Made by a program: the position numbers and the translations under genes. DNA of 64,000 bases. Source: the human T2T-CHM13v2.0 reference genome, Homo sapiens. The notes under the pieces were generated by a model, which saw nothing but the letters and a program-made list of their open reading frames with translations, was not told the DNA's origin and did not search any database. Below are positions 1 to 13,423 of the stretch, piece after piece; position 1 is the first letter of the stretch; each line of letters starts with the position of its first letter. The DNA lies in assembly GCF_009914755.1 (NCBI RefSeq), contig NC_060925.1; one strand, 5' to 3'.

Positions 1-2661
1 CTGCCCAGTTCTTCCATTAGATAATGGCAATAGTCAGAAAAAAAAAAGATAGGTATTCTTAATACTCATTATTGAGTATAAGGAAAGGGAAACAAAGGTG
101 AAAGGCTGGTCTTTGGCAGCCACTTCTTACAGGAAGAGGCCTTAGGCCATGGGTAGTACACATATCGGGAACTTTTCCAGATTCACAGTTTCCAAATGCT
201 GTAACTCCAGAACAAACTAAATGGCAGACAATGAAATATCTGGGATAAGGTCTGGATGTTCAGGGAGTTGGTAGATTGCTGCTCGATCTTGCCCACGCTT
301 GAAAAACCTGTTTCAAAAGACAATCAAAATGCTCCGCCATCCCGTCCCACTCATTTTCACTGAAGGGCTTTGATTTCAAGTGTGAGGTTTGCCTTACTTT
401 GGGGATGTCAGTGAAAGTCCTGAAGCTTGCCTGTCAATTTAGATCTCAGTGGTCTGATTCCATGAGGAGAATTTCCTTCCTACTCCTTTCCTCTCAGACA
501 TTCTCTTCCATAAGGTGCAGTTTGACACTCACCCATGAACATCAAGAAAAGTGCTAAAATTGGATTTTTTCAATCCAACTGTCGAAAATAACAAGATGTA
601 GCAAGGAAGGGAATTGTAGTAATAATCTTGACCCCTTTCCTACCTCCTTTGGCCTATCTTTGGTGCTCCCTTCTCAATATTGCCATAGAAACCGATGACT
701 CTTTCTTGTCAGAGTGATTATACCTTTTCAGATTTTGACAACTAGAAGATACAATTGAAAGAAGCCTGGAGTCTTTAATTCCAACTTCCCCCTCCCACAT
801 GGGTGCTGCTTATGCAAATTGGAGAAAATAGGCTTTGTTATGTTTTATTTTGTATTCTGCTAACAAATAGAGTGCATCTGTTTGGTGCATGTGTGAGAGG
901 AAGAATACTGGTTACCCAGACATATGGGGAAGCGTCAGATTTTCTTGGTTTTATTATATTACTTTAACTGTCTGCTTGACAGATACAGTAATCATTACTG
1001 ATTGAAAATACCTTTGTCAGACAGCAGTTTCCTGTGATGGGCATCCACACGGTTCTGCATAATATATGGGGTTGACAGCTTGCAGGGGAAATCCAGAAAA
1101 AAAAAGTTGTGAAAGGGAAAAGCTTATTTTAGCCAGCAGACTTGGAAATTTCACAGACGTTATAGGATTCTTTTAAAGCTACGCATGATTTCTCCTCATC
1201 AGCTGCTAATTAAGGACATTAATTTATCTATTTGTTTGATACTGGAAACATAAGGCTTAGTTCAGCATGAGTTATAATTCATCATGGTTTTAGTATCTTT
1301 TGAATAATTCAAAATTATGCTTTGCAATAAATGATTTATGAGGAGTTTATAAGTACTCTTATTAAATCAGCATTTTTTATGTATTATTCTTTGGCATTAT
1401 GAACCTCTGGAGACCATTAAAGTTTATTACACAGTGTTTATTTTAATAAGAACCTTCTGACTTTCTCAAATGCCTAAGCATTATCCACAAGTTTCTTTCC
1501 AATATTGAATGCGGCTCTGGTTGTAAGGGAATTTTCTTCATCAATACTTTTGAAAGAAAAATCAGTGAATAGTCAAAATTTCAGCTTTTATGTAATGGCT
1601 TGTGTTGGAGCTTCCTAGTCATTTTTACTTCGTGATGCACGTGTAAACTTCCAAATTTGCAGCAGCAGCACTGGCACGCAGTGAATGGGCGCACATCTGG
1701 AAAACAGCAGCACTGACGGCTGCAGGGAAGGCTTGTGCTGGATGCCACATATCCACTGCACCTGAAGCTGGCTGGGTCCTCAGGTCTGACTCTGGAGGGA
1801 GAAAGGAGGGACAGGGACTGATGGAGAAACTGAAAAAGGATGAGAGATTGTTGGACCTGCATTGTGCTGGGAGCATTTTAATTGAAGAATTGTCTGAACT
1901 TGACACAAAAAACCAAACTTACTTTCCAGAGATACGGATAGACAGACAAACCCTCCCCCATCCCACATACCCTCCTCCCCCACCCATCACACACACATGA
2001 AACCATTCTATGAACCAGTTGAGATGTTGGGACCTTAACATTCGAAAACAGGGCTATAGGCATTCCTTCTCTTTTGTTTGATATTTTAATTGTTTTTCAT
2101 ATACTACACAATAATACACCCAAACTGCCTTTCTTATGCTAAATTTAAAGTCACGTCCACTGGCTATTGCTCTTGCTTGTCAGCCAGCAGCTCAGTGTTG
2201 GCTGAATAGCAGTGTTTGCCTCTGTAACTATTTATATAAATATTGCTTTGTATTTCATCCTTAACATTTAAATGTGAATGTAAAACAGAAAAACCAAAGT
2301 GTTGATACTAGTGATGAAACTATTGAAACAATGATTGAGGCCCTTGGAGTGTTTAATTTTAAAACTTCAGTTGGACACCCATCAATCCTAAGAGTTGACT
2401 GTCGTGTTTAATTGTAAAGAAAGAGGAAAACAGTGAAGAATAAGTTGGGAATATGCTGTTGAAGATGGCCTAAAAGGCCAAGTATAATTAGAGATTTTAC
2501 TTTACATTAGAGCTTTCTTGGAAAAGCTAGCTCCATTGTAATATGTAAGATATTGTTCAACTTTTCTGTTTGGTGTTAGCGTGTCTTCTTAGGAGTTTAT
2601 TTCGTATGAAAATCAAAGATAATCTCTCTGCCCCATCTTCCTCCTGCCTTTCAGCATATAT

Positions 2662-2703
2662 GTGCTGTTAGGGTGCTAGCTAGGGTGCTGTTAGGGTGTT
2701 AGG
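2662..2703. repeat. Short degenerate tandem repeat (GTGCTGTTAGG-like, ~4 units)
   Basis: Units read directly: gtgctgttagg / gtgctagctagg / gtgctgttagg / gtgttagg. Confidence 0.7.
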
Positions 2704-2713
2704 TCCTTGTCCC

Positions 2714-2716
<3 letters not shown>

Positions 2717-2791
<75 letters not shown>
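2717..2791. repeat. Compound (TA)n(CA)n microsatellite at an Alu tail
   Basis: ~26 TA units followed by ~11 CA units, abutting the T-rich tail of the minus-strand Alu. Confidence 0.97.
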
Positions 2792-3080
2792 TATATTTAT
2801 TATTATTATTTTTTATTTTTTGAGATGAAGTCTCACTCTGTCACCCAGGCTGGAGTGCAGTGGCATGATCTTGGCTCACTGCAGCCTCTGCCTCCCAGGT
2901 TCAAGCAATTCTCTGCCTCAGCCTCCCGAGTAGCTGGGATTACAGGTGCCTACCACCATGCCTGGCTTTGCATTTTTAGTAGAGACGGGTTTTCACCATC
3001 TTGGCCAGGCTGTTCTTGAATTCCTGACCTCATGATCCACCCGCCTCAGCCTCCCAAAGGCATGAGCCACTGCACCCGAA
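2792..3080 (-). mobile_element. AluS-type SINE with a 14-bp internal deletion
   Basis: tgagatgaagtctcactctgtcacccaggctggagtgcagtgg...; candidate TSD cccctcatatat (2711-2722) / cccctaatatat (3084-3095); TGCTGGGATTACAG missing at 3059/3060. Confidence 0.95.
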
Positions 3081-3654
3081 CGCCCCCTAATATATTAACA
3101 CAGCTACTTATTATATGTGTTAAAACCCATGCATGAATCTTGCCAACTTTCAAAAATATAAAAACTCATTTTTAACACTTTGTTTACCACAGACATTATT
3201 TTTATTTTTTATTGTGTGTCCACCTCTGAGTAGATAGCATTCTTTCCAGAGAGATAACCTATTACAATTATTTAAATGCAACTAAAGACTATTGTGGAAC
3301 TTTAAAACAAAAGGGAAATGAAACAATAAACCAACTTATTATGGCTAACACTATGTTAAGATGTTCATTTTCTAAAAATCTTTGCTTTAATGACTTTGAA
3401 AGGCATAGGCAGGAAATGGAAATAGGGGGTATGGGTTGACTATCCTGTAGGGATAAGTCCTCAGAAGTAAATTGAAATTAAATTTTTAGCTTTCCTTTAA
3501 AAAATGTGACATTGTGCATTTCACTGGGAATTCAGAAATATAGGGTCTAGATATATATATTTGCCACTGATAAGGTGTGCACTTGAAGAAATCACTAAAC
3601 TTTGGGTATTCATAATACCTGCCTTGGCTTCTAGTGGATTTTTCCAAGCAGAAA

Positions 3655-3876
3655 AGAGCACAGGAGAGCACGGGCTAAGGAGATAGGTGGACTTGGGTTT
3701 GAATTGAGGCTGATTACTGGCTCCATGAACAAAGACACTATGGATATCTTTCTCCTCATGTGTAAGATGGGTAGACTACCTCTTCCACAGTTTTAGTGTT
3801 AATCTTTCATTGGATAACCGTGTAAAGTGCCCAGTTCAGGGCTTGACAAATGATAAGACACTAAGTGATTGCTATC
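3655..3876 (+). mobile_element. MIR SINE remnant
   Basis: ttgggtttgaatt...ctcctcatgtgtaagatggg...aaagtgcccag, MIR core-like. Confidence 0.6.
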
Positions 3877-3916
3877 AAGACAATCATTTATTGTTCTTGG
3901 GTTATAGAAACCTAAC

Positions 3917-4392
3917 TGTGGTAGGCTGAATAATGGCCCTCCAAAGGTATCCACATCCAAATCCCTGAAACATGCGAATATGTTATGTTACATGGGAAAA
4001 GAGACTTTTGTAGATGTGGTGAAGTTAAAGATTTTGAGATGGGAAGATTACCCTGGATTATCTGGTTGGGCCCAGTGTAATCATAAGAGTCCTTATAAGG
4101 GAGATGAAGAAAGAAGGTGATGAAGGAGATAGAGAAAGATGCTAGATTGCTGCCTTTGAAGATAGAGGATGGGACCGCAAGCCAAGGAATGCTGGTGCCC
4201 TCTAGAAGATGGAAAAGATAAGGAAACAGATTTTGCTCTAGAGCCTTCAGAGGGCCTTGCAGCCTTGCTGATGCCTTGATCTCAGCCAGTGAAACCCTTT
4301 TTGAACTTCTGACCCCCAGAAAATAAGACAATAAATTTGTGTTGTTTTAAGCCACTAATTTGTGGTAATTTGTTACAGCAACAATATACTGA
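3917..4392 (+). mobile_element. MaLR solo LTR (MLT1D-like)
   Basis: Starts tgtggtaggctgaataatggccctccaaagg; ends aataaatttgtgttgttttaagccactaatttgtggtaatttgttacagcaacaat. Confidence 0.85.
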
Positions 4393-5329
4393 TTATTATT
4401 ATTTTGGTAACACATGAAAAGGAAAAGTGGCCTTCTTCTCTGCCCTCCTCCATCCCTCCCAACACTGTCCCATGGAATGAGACATTTTTGGTCTAGGTAA
4501 GGGCATGGTAATCCTATTGCCCTTTGCTGGTGGTTTAAGGGTAGACATGTGACTCAGTTCCACTCAGTGAGTCATAAGAAGAAGGCTGCTGGGTGGGGAG
4601 GCTCTCTGGTAAGAATTTTGTTCCCTAATAAAAGGATTCATCTAGGTAAGAAATCTTGCCTCTTTCAGCTTGCCTTGGACAAAGTTAAAGGAGGATGTAA
4701 CAACTGGAGCTGCACAGCAAGGCAGTTAATTATGATGGTGAAATCTATGATGATAAGAGACTGAAATGTGTGGTCAGACAGACTGACCAGATAACAACTA
4801 ATGAGTGCTTGAGGCAAAGAGAAACGGGATATATTTCCGTCGTCAAAGCATTAAAAAAGATCATTGAGTTTGCAGTTCAGGCAAATTCAGTTTTCTGTGG
4901 GGACTTTGTGGTGAATTCAGGAACATTAGATCATGAACTCAAGATGCTCTGTCAGAAAACAAGCATCAGACGATACACTGGTATGATTGTTCCAATGTAG
5001 GGCTCGAAACTCACCTTAGCACCTTAAAAAAGTATCTTTCTTTTCTTTCCCTGAGCTTTTCCTAAAAGGACAAACTGATCAGGTCCCATTATACTTTCTT
5101 TGCCCAGGGCAGACTTGCTATAGAGAAGCATTCTGTAAAAGATGGGTCTCTCTGGAACCTTCTAGAAGAGACTTTTTTTTCTCTTTGAAGGGCCTTCTCC
5201 TGTCTTTCCTGTCATGGCCAGTAGAAGCCCAGTTATCTTTCCAGTTATGTGGGTCAGAAACCTGGTTCTCTGCCTCTTTTCCTCCACTCACTGCATAGCT
5301 GCTTGTTGCCTTTGCCATGCTCTGTGCCT

Positions 5330-6055
5330 GTATCCTCCTTTGTTTCTGTCCTGGTTTTGTCCTTCATCATCCCTTGTCTAGGATTTTACAATGAAATCTC
5401 AACTTGTCTTCTATGTCCCCTGTGTCTGTCCCTTCAACTCAGGATCCACATTACAACCAAATCATCTTTTCAAAATGCAAAGCTGATCATACCAACCACT
5501 GCCTCTCACCAGGTAAACCTTTCTATAGCCTACATGGTAAAGTACGAACTTCTTAGTATTATTGCTCATAAAGCTTTCCAAGGCTCCTCACTGGGCTCTG
5601 CAGCTGTGACTTTCCTTCCTAGCATCCTAAAGTTTGGTCAGTCAGAATGACCTGCAGGTCCCTGGTGGGGCCATGCTGTGTCATGCCTTCCTGCCTTTCA
5701 TCACGCTGTCCCCTCTGCAGGAGTTGAAAGCTGTCACCACTCTACTAACTGAACTCAAGCATCACCACCTCTGGGATGCTGTCCTGTCTCTCTTAGATGG
5801 AACTGGCCATTTTCTTTTTGTTGCATACACCCTGTCCCCTAATCCCACATGTGTGTGTCTTTGTGTTACTTTCTTTCTTATTCTGTTATGTTCTTACAGG
5901 CTTATAAATTGTTATTCTGATGTTAGGTGGTGAACTTTTGGAGACAGAACCATTCCGAAGCTGTCTGCCTTTTCTTGGAGCTTAATACAGTGCCTGACAC
6001 TTATGAAACACTCAATCTCAAACTCTTGCATAAATAAATGAAAGAATAAATGAAC
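5330..6055 (+). mobile_element. L2 LINE 3' region
   Basis: L2-like pyrimidine-rich body ending cagtgcctgacac...ataaataaatgaaagaataaatgaa. Confidence 0.7.
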
Positions 6056-6164
6056 GTTGGTGAGCTATTAGAAAGTTAGATTAGCTTCACAATTGAGTAT
6101 TATTTTGAGCAAAAGGAAACTTATGTATTATTTCACCCTACTTTTTTATTTTATAGTTGTAGAA

Positions 6165-6472
6165 CTGTACTGTTCAAATTGATAGTCACCAGCCACATGT
6201 ATCTACTGAACACTTGAAATGTGGCTCCTCTGAATTGAGACATGCCGTAGGGGTAAAACTCACACCAGATTTCAAAGACTTAGAATCCCCAAAATGTATA
6301 TTTTTATATGGATTACACTTTGTAATGAAAATATTTTAAATATGTTGGATTAAAGAAAATATAGTATTAAAATTAATTTCCCCTAGTTTTAAGTGTCGAC
6401 CACTAGAAAATTTTAAATTACATATGGGTTTCATACTGGAGGCTTGCTTTACATTTCTGTTGGAGAGTGTTG
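6165..6472 (-). mobile_element. hAT-Charlie non-autonomous DNA transposon (MER33-like)
   Basis: agccacatgt...cacttgaaatgtggct...cactagaaaattttaaattacatatg; flanked by ttgtagaa (6157-6164) and ttctagaa (6473-6480). Confidence 0.8.
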
Positions 6473-6480
6473 TTCTAGAA

Positions 6481-7019
<539 letters not shown>

Positions 7020-7294
7020 TTCTAGAAGATAAGGCCCAGTGTGGTGAAATAAAATAATGATGATAACAACAAAGAGTAGCTACTGCCTTAATAGTAATGG
7101 CTCCCACATCAAGTAATGCCATAACCTTAATGCTGTTAAATTATTGGCGTGTAGAGATCTACCTTAGCTATATTGATCAAAACGGTTTATAGTTCTATTC
7201 ATGTAAATGGTGCTTAAAACTGCTTGAGAACATTTTTTTCTCTTGTTATTTAAACATTCTTTCTAATACTATATTCATTTCTTAATTGTCTTTT

Positions 7295-8110
7295 TTTTAA
7301 ATTCAAGCATTTATAGAACATGTGTTGAGCCAATTGTGTTGAAGGATATAGCAAAGTCCTGGCCTTCAAGGAAGCTCAGAACCCATTGGTGGGAGGATAG
7401 GCTATGAGCAAGCAATGTTGATATCATGTGATTAATACTCTAATAGAATGTGCTGTGAGAACGTGGAGTTGGAGCAGCAAACTCTGTCTGGAGGTTGCGA
7501 AATTTTTTTCAGGGAAGAAAATATTGCAGCGCAGTCTTGAAGAATGAATAGATATTTTCCTTGAATAAAACAGGTATGCATTCTATGAAGAAGGAATGGC
7601 ACGTATAAGGTAATAAAAGTGTTAAGTATTTGAGGGATCAAAAGAAATTTAGTTTTGGGGAGTGTGGGTGGGAAGAGGAGGGTTGAGAAATGAGCTTGAG
7701 GGAAGATGCTGGGACTGGATCATGGAGCAGCCAGGTGTCATGGGGAAATGGCTGCACTTTCTCATTAGTGATGGGAAACCTTTGAATGAACAAATGAAAG
7801 AATTACATTATTTGTTCGTTTGTTCAATATCATAATCTGAATTTTTTCATTTCATCTTTCTGGTGATGGATTACATAGGAGTGGGGAGAAATGTGTGGCT
7901 TGGAAGCCAGTTACGAGGCTGTTGAAACTCTTCAAGTGAGACTGCAAAATCAGGCATGGCAGTGAGGATGGAGAGGGAAAGTCAGATTAGAGACATTTTT
8001 AGGGAGAAAGTAATTGATTTGTCTGTTGACTAGTTTAATGTATGGTGCAAAAGAAAGGAAAAAATTAAGACAGCCATTATATTTCTATACTGAGAGACAC
8101 TGGAGAGTGA
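7295..8110 (-). mobile_element. L2 LINE fragment
   Basis: attcaagcatttatagaac...gtcctggccttcaaggaagctcag and a purine-rich L2 antisense body. Confidence 0.65.
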
Positions 8111-9789
8111 CTCCATTAATTTAGAGAGAGAAGACAGGAAAAGGAGCAAGCAGGGAGGAGCTGGTGGTAAATGGCATTTGAGACCTTTCCAGGCTGAGCC
8201 CATTCTGAGTTTGGGACACAGATGTGGATGCATTACCAGGGGCTAAGGATGCCAAAATGAATATAGTCCCCGCCTTCCAGGCATAATCCAGTGGAGGTGG
8301 CAAGATGTCAGCAAATTACTTCAATAAAGTGTGATGAGAGCTAAAATGCAAAGCACAGGTTGAACTGTAACAGCAGTTATAATACAGAGAGAGGATAAAA
8401 AACAAACTTCAACTCTTGAGCTATCCCTATTTTATGAACTAATATAGTCAAAGTAATGAGTTTCTACACATTTGCACTCTTGGGTTTTTAATTTTCTTTT
8501 CCTAGTCAAGAATTTTGTCTGCTTCTGTGGTTTGTAGAGAACTTTGGTATCTCTAACAAATAAATACTTATTAAACAGTAATGCAAATGGTATTTGTTTC
8601 ATTTTAAAATCTCACTTCCATTTCCACATTTCTCCCACAGCTGCTGTTTTTTGGCTAAAGTTTTAATTGCTTCCTTTCTCATATCCTTTTCCTTTATATA
8701 TTTTCCTCAATCTGTTTTTTTTTTTAAATAGGGCACCATCAGAGTTTTTGCCATTACAAACATTATTATTCTTCATGCTCCTTTACAATGCCCCGGCCTA
8801 TCTCACCTTTGGGAAGAGAATGGAAAAAAAAATTGAATTTGATAATCAATATGTATTAATCTTATAAATATTTGGCTAGTTTATTTCATCCTAATCACTT
8901 TCTGATAAGGCCATTTTAAACAATGACTTATAGCCAAAATTTCCCACTGGAGGTTTTTTTTTTTTTTAATATAAAAGTAAAGCTAGAAAAGGTATAATTT
9001 TGGGGATTTATATAATTTAAGCAGATTCTTCTAAGAATAACTGGTGTCACAGTTATACATTAGAGAGAATACAGTACAAAAAGCAAGTTATCCTAATTAG
9101 ATATCTTTCTCATCATCCTGTAACAGTGCATGTTCTATTCATCTCTCATAAATCTTTGAAACTTCAAAAAGAATAACTTTACTGTTATCATCTTTGAGGA
9201 GCACTCCTGGATTCTATTAGCTACCAGCTTAAAAGCCATTACAGGCAAGTGTTATAGACTCAGGGTTGCTATAGTCAAGTCCTTGTAAGTAGCTTTTCTC
9301 AACTGATTCCCTCCTTGAGTGAAGATGGATACTTGGACAACTGCTTACTAATCGTCAGTGGTAGAAATTTCATTTGCTTTCCACAGTCCCTCTTCTTTCT
9401 CCACCCCCCATTACAGAAACAGAGAAGTTAACACACACAAACTATGGTTCTTTTCTTCTGTCCCTAATTTTCATTCCATGAGTGGGCCTTGTATGAACCA
9501 AAGTAGAATGCTCAGATGACTTTAGCAATAGCTTCTTTTAAAATCTACTGCCACGATAGAATTTGGAGTGGCAATATCTGTTTAAATCAGAAATGATTTC
9601 CTAAAGGGTGCAGTATTCTTTCAAAGTTAAGTTATTTTAACCAACAATTAAAAAGAAACTAACATACAGCCACAAATGGGCTCTTCCTGGTGTTCAATAT
9701 CAGTTTCAAGTTGGAAGAAACAACTTATTAAAATTCATCATCTTGCATTGTTAATCGAGATGTGGCTAATAACTGGTTGAGAATACTGG

Positions 9790-9965
9790 TAAGAATGTCT
9801 TCTTTGGGCCCTCAAAATGAATCTCTGCTTCTTGGCTACCTTGACTATAAAATGGGAGATAATATCCTGTTCCCAGGGTTGTGAGCAGGATTAAATATAA
9901 TGAGATGTGAAAAACCGTGTAAGATTGTAAAGTACTATATGAGTATAAGCAGTTATTCTTGTTGC
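9790..9965 (+). mobile_element. MIR remnant
   Basis: ctataaaatgggagataata...cagggttgtgagcaggattaaatataatgagatgtgaaa. Confidence 0.55.
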
Positions 9966-10869
9966 TGTTATTGTTTCTGGTCGAGGTGGGATAGTGGTAG
10001 TAGTTTTGTAGGTTGCAGTAATGGTGGTCCTATTAATACCTTGTCCTTCTTAAGTCAGGGTACGGCACACTGGACTGGCTGAAGGCCTAAAGGCAATGTC
10101 AGAGCAGAGCAAAGAAATAAAAAAAAGTGAGTGGGAGAGAAAACAATGTGTCTGAGGCAGAGTGAGAGAATTGGAAAAAAATCAACAAAAGGGATAAGAA
10201 GATATCATTTCTACAACAAATAGAGCAATCCTAATTTATTCAAAGTGGAAAAGAGACTATTAAGGAACACTTACAAGGAAAAAGGTGCCTAAGTGTGATG
10301 TTTCACACAACATTCACAACTATCCCACGAGGTACATTTTATTAGAACCATTTTGCAGGTGAGGAAACTGATAACCAGAGAGGTCAAAATCATCATGCAA
10401 CTGTCTATTAGAAGCCAAGATAAGAAAATGGAAAATAGAAATCCATTGAAGAAGAAAGTAAAACAAGTGGGAGCTGGGGTACAGAGGGAAAGCATGTGTT
10501 GTCTGAAGGCTCCTGAATTCATTTCCCCTTCTCCATACTGTACTAGCCTAACAAGGATGCAAGTATAGGACAAATTTGATACCCTCTGTCTATATATGAT
10601 AGCTTTTACAATTGGACAAGGATATCTGCAGATTCTGATGGATGTTTAGAGGGGTTGGTTCTGCCCAAGAAGAAGCTAAGTACAATTTCATGTTTGGTAC
10701 AGGAATCTCTGGCTGCACTTTAGTGCGTATACTATAGGCATCTCTCTTTAAATATATAAACACACAGATTCAAACTGCTAGAAATGCCATACAGATTGCA
10801 GAAATCCAGAAAGTAGGCACATAGTGTATACAAAAAAAAAGCACAATATAGAAAAATAATAAACTAAAT

Positions 10870-11080
10870 TCATCTAGGGCTTCCTTTATGGCAGGCATTG
10901 TAATAAGTGATTTATATGCAATGATTCATTCACCCCACACAACAATCCTATGAGGTTGTGCTTATATTTTGCTATTTTACAGAAGACAAATGTTAGGCAC
11001 TTGGGAATTACATTATCTATCTAAGATCACACAGCAATTAAGTGGAGGAGCTGGAAGCTGAATCCAATGACCATGTACTT
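10870..11080 (-). mobile_element. MIR remnant
   Basis: cacaacaatcctatgaggttg...attttacagaagacaaa...ctaagatcacacagc. Confidence 0.65.
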
Positions 11081-11229
11081 AATCAAAATAGAGATTGCAT
11101 TGCTCTCATGTGATAAGGAATATATTGTTTCATTTTAATATTTAATATGTTCAACAAAACAGATTATTTCGATTCAAAATAATAAAACAATCGCTTGGCA
11201 AGTAAGAGGTATGAAAAGGATAGGAAAAC

Positions 11230-11620
11230 TATTAAAACATTTTGAGATTATGAATAAAATTAGAATACTGACTAGGTACTAGATGATATTAAAGGATTTT
11301 AGTTATTTTTGGTAAGTGTTTTAATAATATTATTGTTATGTAAAAATACATCTTTTTAAAAGAAATTAACCGAGAAGTGTTTAGGAGTAACACGTCATGA
11401 TATATTGGATTTGCTTTGAAATAGTTTATGAGGAAGAAAAAAAGCAAGGAAGGGAAAGCATGAAAGAGGAGAAAAGAGAGAAAGAGAGAAAGCATAAAAA
11501 CAAGATGGGAAAATGCTGATGGTCATCGAGTCTGGGAGATGGATATATGTTGGTTTGTTGTGCTATTTCCTTTACTTGGTATATAGTTAAACTTTTTTCA
11601 TAATGAAAATTCAAAAAAAG
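11230..11620 (+). mobile_element. Old L1M (L1MC/L1ME-type) 3' end
   Basis: tagatgatattaaagga...ggatttgctttgaaata...ttcataatgaaaattcaaaaaaag. Confidence 0.65.
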
Positions 11621-12334
11621 AAACAGTTCACTTAAGTTCCCAGAAGCCCAATGGCAATGCCAACATCCATATGTGACAAATGAATGTGGTAAGTGCAAAG
11701 GAACGGTAATAGCACTGAGCAATTTATGTGGACGTGTCATTTCAACCCACAAAATTGCCCTGTTTACTTTTTATGTGTTAGTGCTTTCTGGGAAAAAAAA
11801 TGTAGAAAGGAAATAATATCTTGAAGTCTGTTTGTTTACTAGGAATAGCACTTGTGTAATTGTTTTAATGTGTTGTAGCTCAACATTTATTTTTAGCATT
11901 CTTTGCTTTATTGGCTAATTCAAAACATAAACACTTCCTGGCTTGAGCAAAATCAGCATGTCACTTCCAGACCAGAGGAAAGTCATAATCGCTTGTATTG
12001 CTCATTTGAACTTTGTGAGAAGACACATTTTCCATTTCAAGTAGGAGGCAAATATATTTGCAAAGATTTCCCCATTTAATTGCAGTCCAAACTTAAAAAA
12101 AATCTTTTCCCCCAATACACTCATAGATCAAGTTTTATGAGAAAGAGGTAAATGAAAACCAGACAGTTGATAAAAGCTCTTTCTGTTTTAAGTAGTGAAT
12201 TTCTAGCTATATCACATAGATTAATCAATATTTTGGCCAATCCTTTTTATTTTCTATGCCTGTAAATGTTTGTCTTTCAATATTGGATCCAGTGATTTCT
12301 AAAATACTTTTAGAAGATTAAAATAAGTTGTATC

Positions 12335-13042
12335 TACGGGTCCATGATCTCTTCTCTGAAATCCTTGCAGTCAGGTGTTTCTTGGAATTGTGAATATTTC
12401 AGGTTTTAGGACAGTACTACTTTGCATATAGTCTATAACAGTAGTTTCCAACTTTTGGCACCAGGAAATGGTTTTGTGGAAGACAATTTTTCCACGGACA
12501 TTGGGCTGTTGGGTGGGGTGGGGGTGGGGCAGGGGGGATGGTTTTGGGATGAAACTGTTCCACCTCAGATCATCAGGCATTAGATTCTCTTAGGAGAGCA
12601 CAACCTAGTTCCCTCACATGCGTAGTTCACAATACAGTTCCCACTCCTATGAAAATCTAATGCGGCTGCTGATCTGACAGGAGGCAGAGCTCAGGAGGTA
12701 AAGCTCACTCACCTGCTGCTCACCTCCTGCTGTGCGGTGCGGCCTGGTTCCTAACAGCCCACAGACCATAGCGGTCTGTGGCCTGGGGGTTGGGGTCCCC
12801 TGTTCTATACCACATAATGTCCTCAGTGGCATGTAGGAGAGCAACATGTAGTCAAATGCATCTTATTTATACACTAAAAGTATAAATATCCCCACTAAGT
12901 GAGATCATTAAAGATTCTAAGGAGCCTCACATCAGTTTAGATCAGACTTGGCTACCTGGTGAAAGTTTTTCCATGCCTGAAGAAGGACTTTGGGTTTGTA
13001 GTACCATGGAGGTTTCAGGATTGCAGAGGGGGACTGTGGAAC
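12335..13042. mobile_element. TcMar-Tigger-class non-autonomous element (MER46C-like), split by MER1B
   Basis: Degenerate TIRs cgggtccatgatctcttctctgaaatcc...ggattgcagagggggactgtggaacc. Confidence 0.6.
12439..12802 (+). mobile_element. MER1B (hAT-Charlie)
   Basis: cagtagtttccaacttttggcaccagg...gatgaaactgttccacctcagatcatcaggcattagattctc...gggttggggtcccctg; 8-bp TSD-like gtctataa / ttctatac. Confidence 0.88.
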
Positions 13043-13044
13043 CG

Positions 13045-13270
13045 AATGCTTGGGTAAGAGCATCAGCTGGAGGGTCCGACAGACCCACATCAAAATCTCA
13101 CCCGTGACTCTTACTAGTTGTGTGACTCTCTAGACCTCATTTTCCTCACTTATGAAATGGAAAAATACCTTTTAAATAGGATTGTTGTGAAGATAATTTT
13201 CACAAAGCACTTAGCTAGATGCCTGGCTCAGTATGAGAAGTCAAAAAGCAGAAGCTGTTACAATATTATT
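13045..13270 (+). mobile_element. MIR remnant
   Basis: cttactagttgtgtgact...cctcattttcctcacttatgaaatgg...aggattgttgtgaagataa. Confidence 0.7.
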
Positions 13271-13423
13271 AGTTTTATTAAAGGTAAAAAACGTGAAAAA
13301 AGTATTTGTATTCTTTTACGCTGGCCTCAAGGTCTTTTTATCTCTGTGTTATTTGCTGGGTGGGGTGTGCATCTGAATTTAAGCTATTAGAGAAATTAAG
13401 CTCTAGGATGATGATCGTGGACC

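Noticed and set aside
2696-3019. Alu- and microsatellite-derived ORFs (also 43110-43331, 51922-52228, 20050-20471)
   Set aside because: Standard antisense-Alu or dinucleotide-repeat translations.
7782-7827. Imperfect inverted repeat tgaatgaacaaat...atttgttcgtt
   Set aside because: Short, low-complexity L2-tail-like motif; compatible with chance.
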